Shown here one piece after another: positions 1 to 10,647 of a stretch of 64,000 bases of DNA. The notes below the pieces were generated by a model, which worked only from the letters and a program-made list of their open reading frames with translations, did no database searches and was not told the origin of the DNA. Position numbers and translations under genes: made by a program. Origin of the DNA: Minutocellus sp. GHC0000111 (lineage: Eukaryota); assembly GCA_977018835.1 (NCBI GenBank), contig OZ361258.1, positions 682,001 through 746,000 of the forward strand, written 5' to 3'. The stretch's first letter is position 1, and the number at the start of each line of letters is the position of its first letter.

Positions 1-1
1 C

Positions 2-865
2 CAGCCACTATTTGATGTATCCGATATAGACGAAGATATGGTGGAGGGCGGGGACGACGTTGAGCCGATACCTCATCATGAGCTGCTCCAACGAGAATGC
101 TACTATCTGTACTACGAATTGACATCTCGGGGTGAAACCAAGCAGCAGATATTTTGCCGAGGGACGACGCTTCGGGCGGACGTGCAAACATGCATCAATG
201 CCAAGATGAAGTACGACGAGGAGCTCGATTGTCGGTTGCACGCTGGATTTTTGGAACATGCCGATCGGCTGCTGAATGACGTGCTCCCATTGTTGGCGCC
301 AACGAGTAATCGCAGAGCTACAGTCGAGATTTGTGGCCATAGTTTGGGTGGAGCAGTAGCCTTTATACTGGCAATGAAGCTGAAGAAACGCGGATATACC
401 GTGAAGCGAGCCACTGCCGTCGCAGCTCCAAGATTCGTGGAAGAAGAAGCCGCCGATCATCTTCAAACACTTCTGCCGAAAGATTCCTTGCGGATTGAAG
501 ACGACTGCGATTTCGTGCCATTTTTACCACCGCATATGAAAGGTCTAGGAGATAAGTTGTGGCTGTCATCTTCAGATTTTCTCGGGCGCAATAGCGCATA
601 CTACGTTCCATTTGAGAGCACACAGAAAGAAGATTTTTGGTGGCTAGATTCTTTTTTGGTAAACAGTCGCTTGCCGGAATCGTTTGCCCACATCAAGACA
701 GTTCATAGAATTCCCTCGTACGTAGGCAAGATCAAAGCTTTGGCGAAAGAGGTGAGCGAACAATCGACTCCCAAAGAAAACATTACAACGATGGCGGTAG
801 TTCGCACAGACAAGGAAATGGCGCCTGCTGGCAAAGGAATGAGAGGCTCTGAACGGCTGCAATAG
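2..865 (+). CDS. Class 3 lipase / alpha-beta hydrolase, 5'-partial (frame open to the window edge)
   Basis: CRGT oxyanion segment, LHAGF, nucleophile elbow CGHSLGGAVA, AAPRF, D(FVPFLP) and a late His (VHRI), matching the Lipase_3 layout. Confidence 0.85.
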   Translation, partial: QPLFDVSDIDEDMVEGGDDVEPIPHHELLQRECYYLYYELTSRGETKQQIFCRGTTLRADVQTCINAKMKYDEELDCRLHAGFLEHADRLLNDVLPLLAPTSNRRATVEICGHSLGGAVAFILAMKLKKRGYTVKRATAVAAPRFVEEEAADHLQTLLPKDSLRIEDDCDFVPFLPPHMKGLGDKLWLSSSDFLGRNSAYYVPFESTQKEDFWWLDSFLVNSRLPESFAHIKTVHRIPSYVGKIKALAKEVSEQSTPKENITTMAVVRTDKEMAPAGKGMRGSERLQ

Positions 866-986
866 TATATCAACTACATGAAAATGATTGGCATGTAGGA
901 TTTATTTTTTCGTCACCCTTTCTAGTAGATCTAGATCTAAAATGAATGAATTCTAGGAATCCTAAAGTTAGTGAATTATCATGGCT

Positions 987-3008
987 CTAATCACTACTTT
1001 CGGGCAATGGCCTTTTCTCCATTGATCCCTCTCCACTCTCTTGCGTCAGCTCGTCTTCGTCCTCCTTAATTTTTGCCGCATTCTTTTCTCCTTTCGCGTC
1101 TTCTTCGTGGCTACCAGCTGTTTCGATGCATGGGCCTTTCTTTATTTCCACCTGTTCCTGCTCGATGTTACTTCTCTTCTGCAACGACCAAACATATTTA
1201 CGGTAAACCTTTCGGCAATCGTCGTCTAGACTTGAGTCGACGCCCTGAGAACTGTAAATGTCCCGTAGGTTTTCCATTGTCAGACCGTCATGAGGGTCGC
1301 ATTTGTACATGCTACACACTGTCGAAAACTGCGGGCCATCCATATCTTCTCCTGATGTTTGGAGCTGTAATTGACGAAGTTCTCGATAGGATAAAAGGCC
1401 ATTTTGATCCTCGTCGAAATACTTGAATATGAGAGAAATTTTTTCGAGTCGTTCGGCAACCAGGAATGGGTAATCGCCGTGTAAATTCACGCCCAGATCC
1501 TTGACTTCTGGCGAAGAAAATATTTTTGCAACGGATTCGCTCGGAAACACCTTCTTGTAGTCGTCACTAATGTTGCCACCTCCTGACGAATAGGTCTGTT
1601 GCAGTGCTTCTACACTCAACCCTTCTCTTGGGTCTACGCCTAATTCTTCACAAATCATTCGATATTCTTCCACATCCAAATCATCCCCACTCGTCCGAAG
1701 CTGCATATTTCGCAACTCGCAATAACCAAGTCGACCGGTATTGTAAATGTCAAAGAATTGATGGAGGGTCCTCACATGATCATCAACATGATGAAGGGGC
1801 TTGGACCATCCAGGGCTGCGACTTATCCGAGCCAGCAAACCTGACGATTCTTCACCATCGCCTTCGTCCTCATCTTCCCCCGCAATTCTTTGATCGGCAT
1901 CGACTTTCCCTTCGTCATCCTGAGCCATATCCATATCTCCTTCATATGCAGCTTCCGAGCTATCATGTCCAATTGCACCTCCAAAACCGCTACCAAATAG
2001 CATGTTGGAAAGATACGATGGAGATGGCAGCTCTGGGAGGGAAATGCCGAATGATGACGTCGATGTTGCTGTGTTGACTGTTGGGTTTTGTGGTGTTGCA
2101 GCGGAAATCACTTCTTTTGGATCTCTCCCCTCAAATACTTTGTCGTAATCTTGGTCCAAATGATCGATCCCACTTTCCTCGTAAATCGTCTGCAGTGCCT
2201 TGACCGTAAGCCCCTTCCTTGGGTCACACTGGTTTTCCCGGCACAAGTGGCAGTACTCTGGCCCTTCCAAATGTTCATCACTGGTGGCCAATTGGAGGGC
2301 GGACAATTCACTATAATTCAGGAATTTGTTGCCATCGAGGTCAAAGTGCGTATGGAGGGCTAGGACCTTGGTGGCAGTGTCGATGTTGCAAGCACGGCAA
2401 TCGTTCATGTCTGAACTTCCTCCGACGTGATCAGCATGGACATCTGATTGGTCTCCATTTAGCTCGACATCGGTCCAAACAGTCTTTGAATGGCCTCCCT
2501 TCTTGGCTTGCTTTGCATCATTCGACGACGCTGCTCTTTGCGGGTCATTCTTATCCTCTTCCTTACCCATCAGTTCTCGAAAGATGGCATCTTCAACATC
2601 CCCGCCCTCTTCACCTTCGCCCTGGCTATCACCTCCCGACAAATCCTCTTCGCCATCCGGGAATATCTTGTCATAATCTTCCTCGATACTGGCCGAACTC
2701 TCCGCACCGCCATCGATCCCATCACCATCCTCGTACGTCGCACGGAGGGCGTCCAACGTCAGTCCCATGCTGGGCTGGCACTTGAACTCTTCGCACAACG
2801 CACAGAACGTCGGCCCGTCCAAATCATCGCCAGAGGTTTGCAGCTGAAGACGCCGCAGCTCTTGGTAGGACAGGTAGCCATCGTCGTTGTCGTCAAAGTG
2901 CTGGAAGATGGCACGAAGCTTCTCGTCTGGGCCCTTTTGCGTTCCGGTGCCGGCTGTACTCGGTGCCGGTGCCGCGGTCTTTTTGCGATGGAGAATCCAC
3001 GACGCCAT
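987..3008 (-). CDS. EF-hand protein built from four copies of a ~65-aa EF-hand-containing module with acidic linkers
   Basis: Loops DDNDDGYLSYQE, DLDGNKFLNYSE, DIYNTGRLGYCE and DEDQNGLLSYRE, each followed by LQLxTSG..L....F/Y..LC....xDP..GL.V..L...Y; first ATG at 3008. Confidence 0.75.
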   Translation of the reverse strand: MASWILHRKKTAAPAPSTAGTGTQKGPDEKLRAIFQHFDDNDDGYLSYQELRRLQLQTSGDDLDGPTFCALCEEFKCQPSMGLTLDALRATYEDGDGIDGGAESSASIEEDYDKIFPDGEEDLSGGDSQGEGEEGGDVEDAIFRELMGKEEDKNDPQRAASSNDAKQAKKGGHSKTVWTDVELNGDQSDVHADHVGGSSDMNDCRACNIDTATKVLALHTHFDLDGNKFLNYSELSALQLATSDEHLEGPEYCHLCRENQCDPRKGLTVKALQTIYEESGIDHLDQDYDKVFEGRDPKEVISAATPQNPTVNTATSTSSFGISLPELPSPSYLSNMLFGSGFGGAIGHDSSEAAYEGDMDMAQDDEGKVDADQRIAGEDEDEGDGEESSGLLARISRSPGWSKPLHHVDDHVRTLHQFFDIYNTGRLGYCELRNMQLRTSGDDLDVEEYRMICEELGVDPREGLSVEALQQTYSSGGGNISDDYKKVFPSESVAKIFSSPEVKDLGVNLHGDYPFLVAERLEKISLIFKYFDEDQNGLLSYRELRQLQLQTSGEDMDGPQFSTVCSMYKCDPHDGLTMENLRDIYSSQGVDSSLDDDCRKVYRKYVWSLQKRSNIEQEQVEIKKGPCIETAGSHEEDAKGEKNAAKIKEDEDELTQESGEGSMEKRPLPESSD

Positions 3009-3398
3009 TGCTCCAGATTCAGGATAGAACAGAAGTGCTAAATCCAAAGAAAGGCGTTGTTATGAAGAGAGGAATGGAACGATGGAAGGGAGTGAGGGTA
3101 ATACCATTGGTAGTAGCACCTTCTCTCCCATCTCCCATCTTCGCCTCCGCTGCTTGCCTGCTGCTTGCCGGTGTTGCCGACCGACCGGTCGGTCATTCAT
3201 GCTGCTTCCGGGTTTCGAAAGAAAAAGGGGGTGCAAGTGAATTTCCCCCAAAATGAACCGGCGCGAAAGCACGAAAGCAAGAGAACTCAAAGCACTCAGA
3301 CTGGCCCTCAGACTTGCTTGCAAACTGGCAACGGCGGATACCGTCGATATCGGTTCAGCACATTGCTGTGCATTTCAACGCACGCACCGCAAACAAAC

Positions 3399-5346
3399 AT
3401 GACGGTGCTAGTTCCGAGGCGTGGCAGCTACCTGCTGCTCTGGCTCGTCGTCGCGTCGGCTCTCCCCCCCTCGGCCTTTGCCGGCTTCTGGCCAAAAAAG
3501 CCGGTGGAGGTCGCCACGTTCACTCTCTATGACAACGGTGCCTCCGAGGGTGGAGTGAACGTGACGCTGACTTCGGCTGAATTCGACCAGTTGCTAAAGG
3601 AAGATGCCAATGCCGACGGTAATAGTGGTGTGGGCGATGCGGTGCCACCATATGAAACATTCGCCGTCGCTATGTCGTCCAAAATTGAGGTATCGAAGTA
3701 CCTTGCGGAGAAGCCCGTCATTGCCACCCGCGCATTTCGGGAGGATGGCGAGTTGATTCGAAAGTTCAAGCAGCTGCTCCCTTCGAAGGATGATCCCACG
3801 CAGCTCAGACGAGTGTATCTTGTCGCCGATGGGTTGGAATTCGTCTGGCCCTTTGTTGAGCTTGGCCACAACCAAACCATTTCGACGAACGTCGTACCGC
3901 CGACGCCAAATGCCGGACCGGTCGTGTTGGAGAGCGTATCGGAGTCTCCCCGCGTCTTTCGCGTTTACAACATGGCCAACGAGGAGGAGGCCAATGCCAT
4001 CATCTCGACTGCTCTCAATTCCACCGGAAAGAATGCTCTGAAGCGCAGCACCGTCGGAAGTGGAACCGATGAGGAGGGCAATGATTGTGAGTATCAATTT
4101 GACGTTTGTTTGATTGGATATTTGGCATGCATGTATTTTGTGATTATTACTTACTTATTACTTACTTCCACATACCATTGCCCTTGCTCACACGCATTCA
4201 AAGTGGCCCGAGAGGATTTTGGGCGGACTTCGCACAATGCCTGGGATCACGAATCGCCTGAGGCAAAGGTCATGATCACTCGGTCCTTCCTATTGACCAA
4301 CATTGAGGAAAATGCCGGTAAGAGAGATGGTCTGCAGGTCGTCCGGTATCATCCCGGGCAGGGATACAACACGCACCCCGACTACTTCACTCCCAAGGAT
4401 GATCGTGAATTTGATTTCTACCCGTACAGCGGTGGCTCGAATAGGTTTGCAACGGTGTTCATGTATCTGAATGATCCTGAAGAGGGAGGTTGCACTGTTT
4501 TCCCTCGCGCGCCGGCCGCCTATCCTGTGAAAGAGATGCCGTCAGAGGCCAAGGAAATGTTCAAGGAGGGTACCTGGGAGCACACCGTCAACAATGATTG
4601 CTATACCAAGCTTGCTGTGCCTCCAAAATTGGGCACTGCTGCCCTGTTTTACAGTATCACGCCGGATGGTCAAATTGATCCTCAATCGCACCACGCCGCA
4701 TGCCCTCTCATCAAGGGTACCAAGTGGGGTGCCAACATTTGGATCTGGAACAAGCAGCGATTTGGCGAGATTCGCACCGGAGATCCCAGGACGGTGGTTA
4801 TGAAAAATAGTGCTGATGAAACGGTCTACATTTCTTGGGAGGGCAAGCCTTCGGGACAGATCGAACCGGGCTCAGCCTTCGGGACAGATCGAACCGGGCT
4901 CAGCCATGAACATGAACAGCTTCGAGTACCATCGTTTCAATGCAAAGTTTGGCTCACACCAGGCAAAGGCTTTTGCCGAGTTTACCGTTCAGAGTTCCCC
5001 CGATCAACAGATTTGGGATATCAAGCGACCGAGAAGAATGCAGCAACAGCAGCTTAGTCCCGACGAAGAAGAAAGCCAAGAGGAAGACCAACAGGGATCA
5101 TCAGGAATTACGGTTCTGGCTCGAAACGTGATGGACGATGTGCTCTATGTATCCTGGCAAGACACGGGCATCGGCACCATCAATCCTGGCGAATCAACCA
5201 ACTTCAATACTTTTGAGGGCCATTCTCTCCAGGCTTCACTGGGTGATTACGGCAATGAATACATTTCGACCTACACCGCAGAGGCATCGCCAAGTAAGCA
5301 GGTTTGGGATCTTCGAAAGGATGGCAGTGGACACGAAGAGCTCTAA
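3399..5346 (+). CDS. ER-resident prolyl 4-hydroxylase-like 2OG-Fe(II) dioxygenase with two C-terminal beta-domain repeats; intron 4087-4203; frameshifted by a 28-bp duplication at 4846-4901
   Basis: Signal peptide; SESPRVF; LQVVRY..GQGYNTHPDYF (HxD), NRFATVFMYLND.EEGG.TVFP, HAACPLIKGTKW; C-terminal HEEL; GT-AG intron of 117 nt. Confidence 0.85.
4846..4901 (+). repeat. Exact tandem duplication, 2 x 28 bp (AGCCTTCGGGACAGATCGAACCGGGCTC)
   Basis: Read directly; removing one copy joins the two ORFs as WEGKPSGQIEPGSAMNMNSF. Confidence 0.95.
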
Positions 5347-5386
5347 TGATGTAGCGTTGATACAGAATACATATATAATAATGAAT

Positions 5387-6610
5387 TTATTCGGTGGATA
5401 AGTTGATCCCCAACACCAATAACAAGCAAAAGAGGAGCTGGAGCCTGGCTGTCCCTCCAACGTGCTCATTTAACGCCGCACCGTCCTTTCCACCTAATGC
5501 CACGGCCTCCAGCTGAGGCATGGCGACGGGTAGAGACAGCAGAGGTAATATCCAGGCATTTTCGTATGTTGATTTGGCCAACACAAACAAAAAGGCATAC
5601 GAGGACAATACCAAAAACGCATATTCGCTTCGCGCAAACGTTTCGCCAAATCGTACGGCCGTGGTCAGCTTCTGCGCCTCCACGTCAGTCTTTCGATCTC
5701 GCAAATTGTTCACAACGATGATGGCCGTGGCCAGATTTGCAATTGGCAGGGAGGCATGGAATGACCGCCGAAACAGATCATTGTCTAGCAATAACAAAGG
5801 CGGCGATTCGGCATTTCCATGTGAGCGCAAATATAGGTATGGCACGCCAAGCGTTGCGACCAGACCAAAGTACAGAAAGACGAATATGTCGCCAAGACCT
5901 GAATATCCAATGGAAACAGATCCAAGTCCAACATATCCCAGAGGAAATGGCCCTCCAGCATAAACCACTGCGTTGAAGACGGAGCTTGACACAATAAAGA
6001 ATGATGGGCCGTCAAATCCATAAAAATCGCTGCCTGTTGCTGCAATTTGTGCCAAGTACAATCCAATTGCGGTGGCCAATGCAAGGCAGAGGGTGGCACC
6101 ACCAGCCGTCTGGCGAGGTGTCAACCACCCCTTTTGTGTCGCTCGGGCCTGGCCCACCCGCTTCTCGTTATCGGCACCCTTGACAAAGTCAGCGTAATCA
6201 TTGTGTAAGTTCGTACCCAGCTGAATGAGACAGGCAAATGCCCCCCACGCCACCGACAGGGCTACAATGTTGTTATCACCAACCACCATCTCCTTTGCAT
6301 GATGATACGACGTCAGCGCTGCACCGACCAGCACTGGTGCAATCAGTGTATGCGGACGGCTTGCCAGTACCCAAACCTTGAGATTCGACGGCCGGCGTTC
6401 CTTCTCTTGGCTCTTGCTCTTCTGGTCGTTCTGCTGCCGGCCATGCACCCCCGTCATGGCGGCGGCCGCCTTGAACTTGGAGAGGGCCTTTTGCTTGTTG
6501 CTGGTCGTCGTTGCTTCCGTGGCGCTGCTCTTGTAAACGTTCGGTGCAAAGGCTGCCGCCGAGGGATGCCGGGCCGACATACTCCTTGTCGTCGGTCGGT
6601 TGCCGGACAT
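5387..6610 (-). CDS. menA: 1,4-dihydroxy-2-naphthoate prenyltransferase (UbiA family, MenA type)
   Basis: ASRPHTL, NLHNDYADFVKGAD, GLGDIFVFLYFG, VVNNLRDRKTD and multiple TM helices; start codon uncertain. Confidence 0.9.
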   Translation of the reverse strand: MSGNRPTTRSMSARHPSAAAFAPNVYKSSATEATTTSNKQKALSKFKAAAAMTGVHGRQQNDQKSKSQEKERRPSNLKVWVLASRPHTLIAPVLVGAALTSYHHAKEMVVGDNNIVALSVAWGAFACLIQLGTNLHNDYADFVKGADNEKRVGQARATQKGWLTPRQTAGGATLCLALATAIGLYLAQIAATGSDFYGFDGPSFFIVSSSVFNAVVYAGGPFPLGYVGLGSVSIGYSGLGDIFVFLYFGLVATLGVPYLYLRSHGNAESPPLLLLDNDLFRRSFHASLPIANLATAIIVVNNLRDRKTDVEAQKLTTAVRFGETFARSEYAFLVLSSYAFLFVLAKSTYENAWILPLLSLPVAMPQLEAVALGGKDGAALNEHVGGTARLQLLFCLLLVLGINLSTE

Positions 6611-6914
6611 CGTTCGTTGCTGGCAGGCTGCTGGCAGGCAAAGTTGCTGGTGGGTGGAGCAAAATAATGACACATCTTATGCCTTATGCGTATCTTTGGG
6701 AACCCGGATTCATCGAGGCACTGACGTCTTTCCGACGGCCAACGCAGACCGCTAATTTTTTGCGCGCCGAATTTCGACGAGGACGACGTGTTGCGTTTGG
6801 TTGCCTGCGGCAAACGCATTGTCTCCAGCTGGAATCGCTGCAACTGTCGCAGTCCTGACTTGATTGCTGTTTTCGCTGTTGCATTAGTTACGCGTATCCG
6901 ACATTCAAAGAACC

Positions 6915-8459
6915 ATGCTCGCCTTCTTCCAAGCAGCGGCTCTGTCGGCCGTCCTGTTCGCGACGTCCTTGGAGGCCTTCTCTCCATCGTCGGCCATTGG
7001 TGGCGGCAGACCGTGCATCAGCCATACTGGTACTAGCACTGATGGATCGTACGCCGCCCAGCGTGCCTTCACCACCTCCCTCAACATGTCCACTCGGGGA
7101 TCGACCGGTCGTGACTTCTACCAGATACTCGGCGTCCCCCGCAGCGCCGACGCCAAGGAGATCAAGTCGGCCTACCGCAAGCTCGCCAAGCAGTACCATC
7201 CCGACGCCAACCCCGGCGAGGACACCACCGAGAAGTTCCAGGAGATCAACCGCGCGTACGAGGTGCTGAACAATCCCGACATGAAGCAGAAGTACGACAT
7301 GTTTGGTAAGTGACGACTTTGCTGTTTGTGGTTGGTGACGACGCGCCAACGAATGTTTCAATGTGCTTTGCATATTCTTGCATCGAGGACGTTCTACTTT
7401 TGATTGTTTTCTCCACGACTTTACCATTTGTACAGCTTTCTTCATAATCTGCATTTGATGTATATCAACTCATACGTTTCCGTATCATACCTTCGCATGT
7501 TCTCAACCACAGGCGAACAGGGCGTCGGGACTAGTGCCGCATCTGAGGGTGGGCCAGGATCGCCCTTCGGCGGACCGGGTGGTTTCGGGCAGGAGGTCGA
7601 CCTCGGCGACATCTTCGATTCCTTCTTCGGCGGCGGGATGGGCGGTGGCATGGGAGGCGGAGCACGCGCCAGAACCGGGCGGACGCGCGGTCCCATCGCC
7701 GGCGACGATCTTCGCTTCGATTTGGAGATTGATTTCAAGACCGCCGTCTTCGGCGGTGAGGAGAAGGTGCGCATCCGTCATCAGGAGACTTGCGGTACCT
7801 GCGGTGGTAATGGAGTCAAGCCCGGTAGCAAGATCAGTACCTGTCCTGTGTGCAATGGTGTCGGCGTGACTATGCAGGTGACTCGAACTCCTTTGGGTAA
7901 CTTCCAGACGCAGCAGACTTGTTCGGCTTGCCGTGGCACGGGGCAGAAGATTGACGAGTACTGTGGAACGTGCAGTGGACAGGGTCTCGTCTCTAAGACG
8001 AAGCAGATTAAGGTGACCATTCCGCCTGGTGTGGAGGACGGCAACAAGCTTCGTGTTCGTGGGGAGGGAGATGCTGGACCCAACGGTGGACCCGCCGGCG
8101 ATCTGTACATCTTCTTGAAGGTGAAGGAGGACAAGACCTTCCGACGAGAGGGACCTGAGATCTACTCTGATGCCTCCGTGAGCTACGTTGATGCTATCCT
8201 CGGTGCTTCGATTAAGACGCCCGTTGTGGACGGTGAGGTTACCATCAAGGTTCCTCCAGGAACTCAGCCGGGGCAGGTTATGAGACTAAAGGGCAACGGT
8301 GCTCCTCGATTGGGCAACCCCGATGCTCGTGGTGATCACTACGTTACAATGAATGTTGAGATCCCCAGCGATCTGTCCAAGGAGGAGCGAGACCTCGTAG
8401 AGAAGCTCAAGGAGTTGCAAGAGAAGAAGTCCAATAAGAAGGGCGGTATCTTTGGCTAG
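6915..8459 (+). CDS. dnaJ: Type I DnaJ chaperone, predicted plastid-targeted; intron 7306-7512
   Basis: Signal peptide ending SLEA-F, J-domain with HPD, G/F-rich region, four CxxCxGxG repeats and a C-terminal domain. Confidence 0.95.
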
Positions 8460-8570
8460 AGAATACTCGTTGCATAACAAAAAAAATAGAGCGTAATAAT
8501 ACGTTATATTGCCTGCTATCTACGTAGTAGAAGGTCGTACGCTAAAAGCTGTCAATTCTAACTCTGAAAT

Positions 8571-10328
8571 TCACTTTTTCTTTTTCTTTGACTCCATGAC
8601 AAAGGATGAAATGATGTTGTCGCAGCATTTGGCATCTTCCTCTAATAGAGGCTGGACCGATTGCTCGAGCTGAATGAGTCTCTTCAACTCCTCACCACGA
8701 GCCCTGAGACTCGTGGTAAGCTCCTGATACTCGGCCATGGCGGCCGCCAACTCGTCATTGCCCCCGCCAGCGCCACCTTCAATAATCGCATCTTCTTCCA
8801 CGAGGTCAGGTACTGGTAGATCCAGATCCTTCATTACCATTTCAAGAGCGATACCAGCCCGATCACTATCAAGCATGGCACCCGCAAGCTTCTCCAAACC
8901 CTCGAGATTGGCCCGCTTCAATGCCAGTGCCTCGGCGGCATCTTCATCGAGGCCAAGCTCTTCATCATCCTCGTTGTCGAGTTTGTAGAACTCTTCCACA
9001 CGACCATCCCAATTCAGCTCTGGCTGCATCACCTTGTCAGAGGTCAGAAACGCCTCAACCTTGACCTCGGTCCATGCATGGGTAGCGGCCACCTGAGCTC
9101 GCTTGGCTGCGATGGCCGGTGTGACCCTATCGCGTTCCAGAGCTGTGACTGTTTCCTGGTGCGCTGCCTTGCGACTCTTGACGGCACGGCGGATGTGATG
9201 CTCCTCGAGAAGCTTTTTGCCCAGCGTACGACGTGCCAGCGTTGCCTTGTCCACGGCCACACAGGCATCCTCCATACTGTGAAAAAGACCAAGATGGCAG
9301 TTGACTCCACGAGAGAGCGTGATGGTAGCCTTGAAGCGATACTTGGGCTTGCTTCGCGCCACGCTGGGCTCGGCAGAAGCTTCGCTCCCTCCTCCTCCTT
9401 CATTCTTCTCATTGCCATCCTTGTCGTTATCGCCACCTGCAGAAAACTTCAAGAATTGCTTGTACTCACGTTCCATCTCCTTGGACAGCCACGTTAGTCC
9501 ATCGTCGTTGGCATCACCGTCACCATCGTCTTCATCTCCCGATGCACCATCAACATCGTTCCCCATCGCCTCCAACACATCTCTGAGATACAGCTCCTCG
9601 GTCCGCAGAATCTGGTCATAATTTTCTGTATCCTCATCCTCCCCACCAATGAGACTGTCTTCATTGTCCATTGTTGCCGACAAGGAATTGGTCCGTCTCA
9701 TCACAAGATTCTCCACGTCACGGCGCAAACTGGGATCGGCATCGTCCAGGCCGAGCGAGCCCAGAATCTTGTCGGCCTTCTTCTTGTTGCTAGAGGCCGA
9801 GGCAGGCTTCTGACCGCCTGCACCGGTACCACCGCCACCGGCCGATGCTGACGCCGACGATGCCGACGATACACTCCTCCGGCCGGGATTGTCGCGACGG
9901 ATCTCGTTCTGACCGCGCGAGTGGAGCAAACTAAGGATGTAGTCGTCCGACAGGGCACCGAGGGGATCGCGGGCCGACAGGGCCAGGCCGATGATGCGAG
10001 GGTTGCTGGCGATCAACGACGAGATGATTGCGTTGTCGTGGCCGTGGTGATACTCACGGGGATTCGTGACGATGTCGACCTCGTCGCCGGGCTTGGACAG
10101 GACGCGACGGACACCTAGAATCTTCTTCTTGATGAGCGGTGCGTCGGTGTCTCCACCGTCGGTGGCAGTGGCAGAAGCAGAGGCACCGATGGAGGACTTG
10201 CGGCTGCCACCTCCCTTTTTCTTTTTCTGCTTGGGACCGACGCCGCCATCAGAGGAGTGCTGATGGCGGCTGGGCTTGAGGGGCCACTCTGGGTCCGTCG
10301 CACGTCGTTTGCGAGCAGGCGGGAACAT
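8571..10328 (-). CDS. Hypothetical nuclear protein with a possible degenerate AP2-like domain and a C-terminal coiled coil
   Basis: 585-aa ATG ORF with basic NLS-like runs; segment YRFKATITLSRGVNCHLGLFHSMEDACVAVDKA resembles the AP2 consensus. Confidence 0.55.
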   Translation of the reverse strand: MFPPARKRRATDPEWPLKPSRHQHSSDGGVGPKQKKKKGGGSRKSSIGASASATATDGGDTDAPLIKKKILGVRRVLSKPGDEVDIVTNPREYHHGHDNAIISSLIASNPRIIGLALSARDPLGALSDDYILSLLHSRGQNEIRRDNPGRRSVSSASSASASAGGGGTGAGGQKPASASSNKKKADKILGSLGLDDADPSLRRDVENLVMRRTNSLSATMDNEDSLIGGEDEDTENYDQILRTEELYLRDVLEAMGNDVDGASGDEDDGDGDANDDGLTWLSKEMEREYKQFLKFSAGGDNDKDGNEKNEGGGGSEASAEPSVARSKPKYRFKATITLSRGVNCHLGLFHSMEDACVAVDKATLARRTLGKKLLEEHHIRRAVKSRKAAHQETVTALERDRVTPAIAAKRAQVAATHAWTEVKVEAFLTSDKVMQPELNWDGRVEEFYKLDNEDDEELGLDEDAAEALALKRANLEGLEKLAGAMLDSDRAGIALEMVMKDLDLPVPDLVEEDAIIEGGAGGGNDELAAAMAEYQELTTSLRARGEELKRLIQLEQSVQPLLEEDAKCCDNIISSFVMESKKKKK

Positions 10329-10480
10329 TGTGCGTATCTTTTGCTTGCGGTTGTCTCTTGGTCAACGATGCCTGCCCGAGAAGCAACTTGAAAGTAGAGC
10401 GGTATCTTTTCTGAAATGAAAGGGAGACTGATTTTCGACTGTTGGTACAATTTTTACTGGGAAGTAAAAAGCTCCCTGAT

Positions 10481-10565
10481 GAAGGCTCTCAGGAAGTTTT
10501 GAAGGCTCTCAAACCTGAGCTCTCAAACCTGCAAACCTGCCTGCAAACCTGCAAAGCTGCCTGCA
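10481..10565. repeat. Degenerate short tandem repeats (GAAGGCTCTC x2, CAAACCTG-like x5) in a divergent intergenic region
   Basis: Read directly from the sequence. Confidence 0.6.
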
Positions 10566-10647
10566 CTACTTTCCCTCTCATTGCTTCCCAACTGACTCTG
10601 CAACTCGCTCGTCCTCATTATTCAAACCGCCTATCTTCAAATCTAAA

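Noticed and set aside
4846..4901. CRISPR-like 28-bp repeat
   Set aside because: Two adjacent copies with no spacer, inside a eukaryotic CDS
5387..8459. menA next to dnaJ as a bacterial operon or contamination
   Set aside because: The genes are divergent, dnaJ has a spliceosomal intron and an ER signal, and the flanks are eukaryotic
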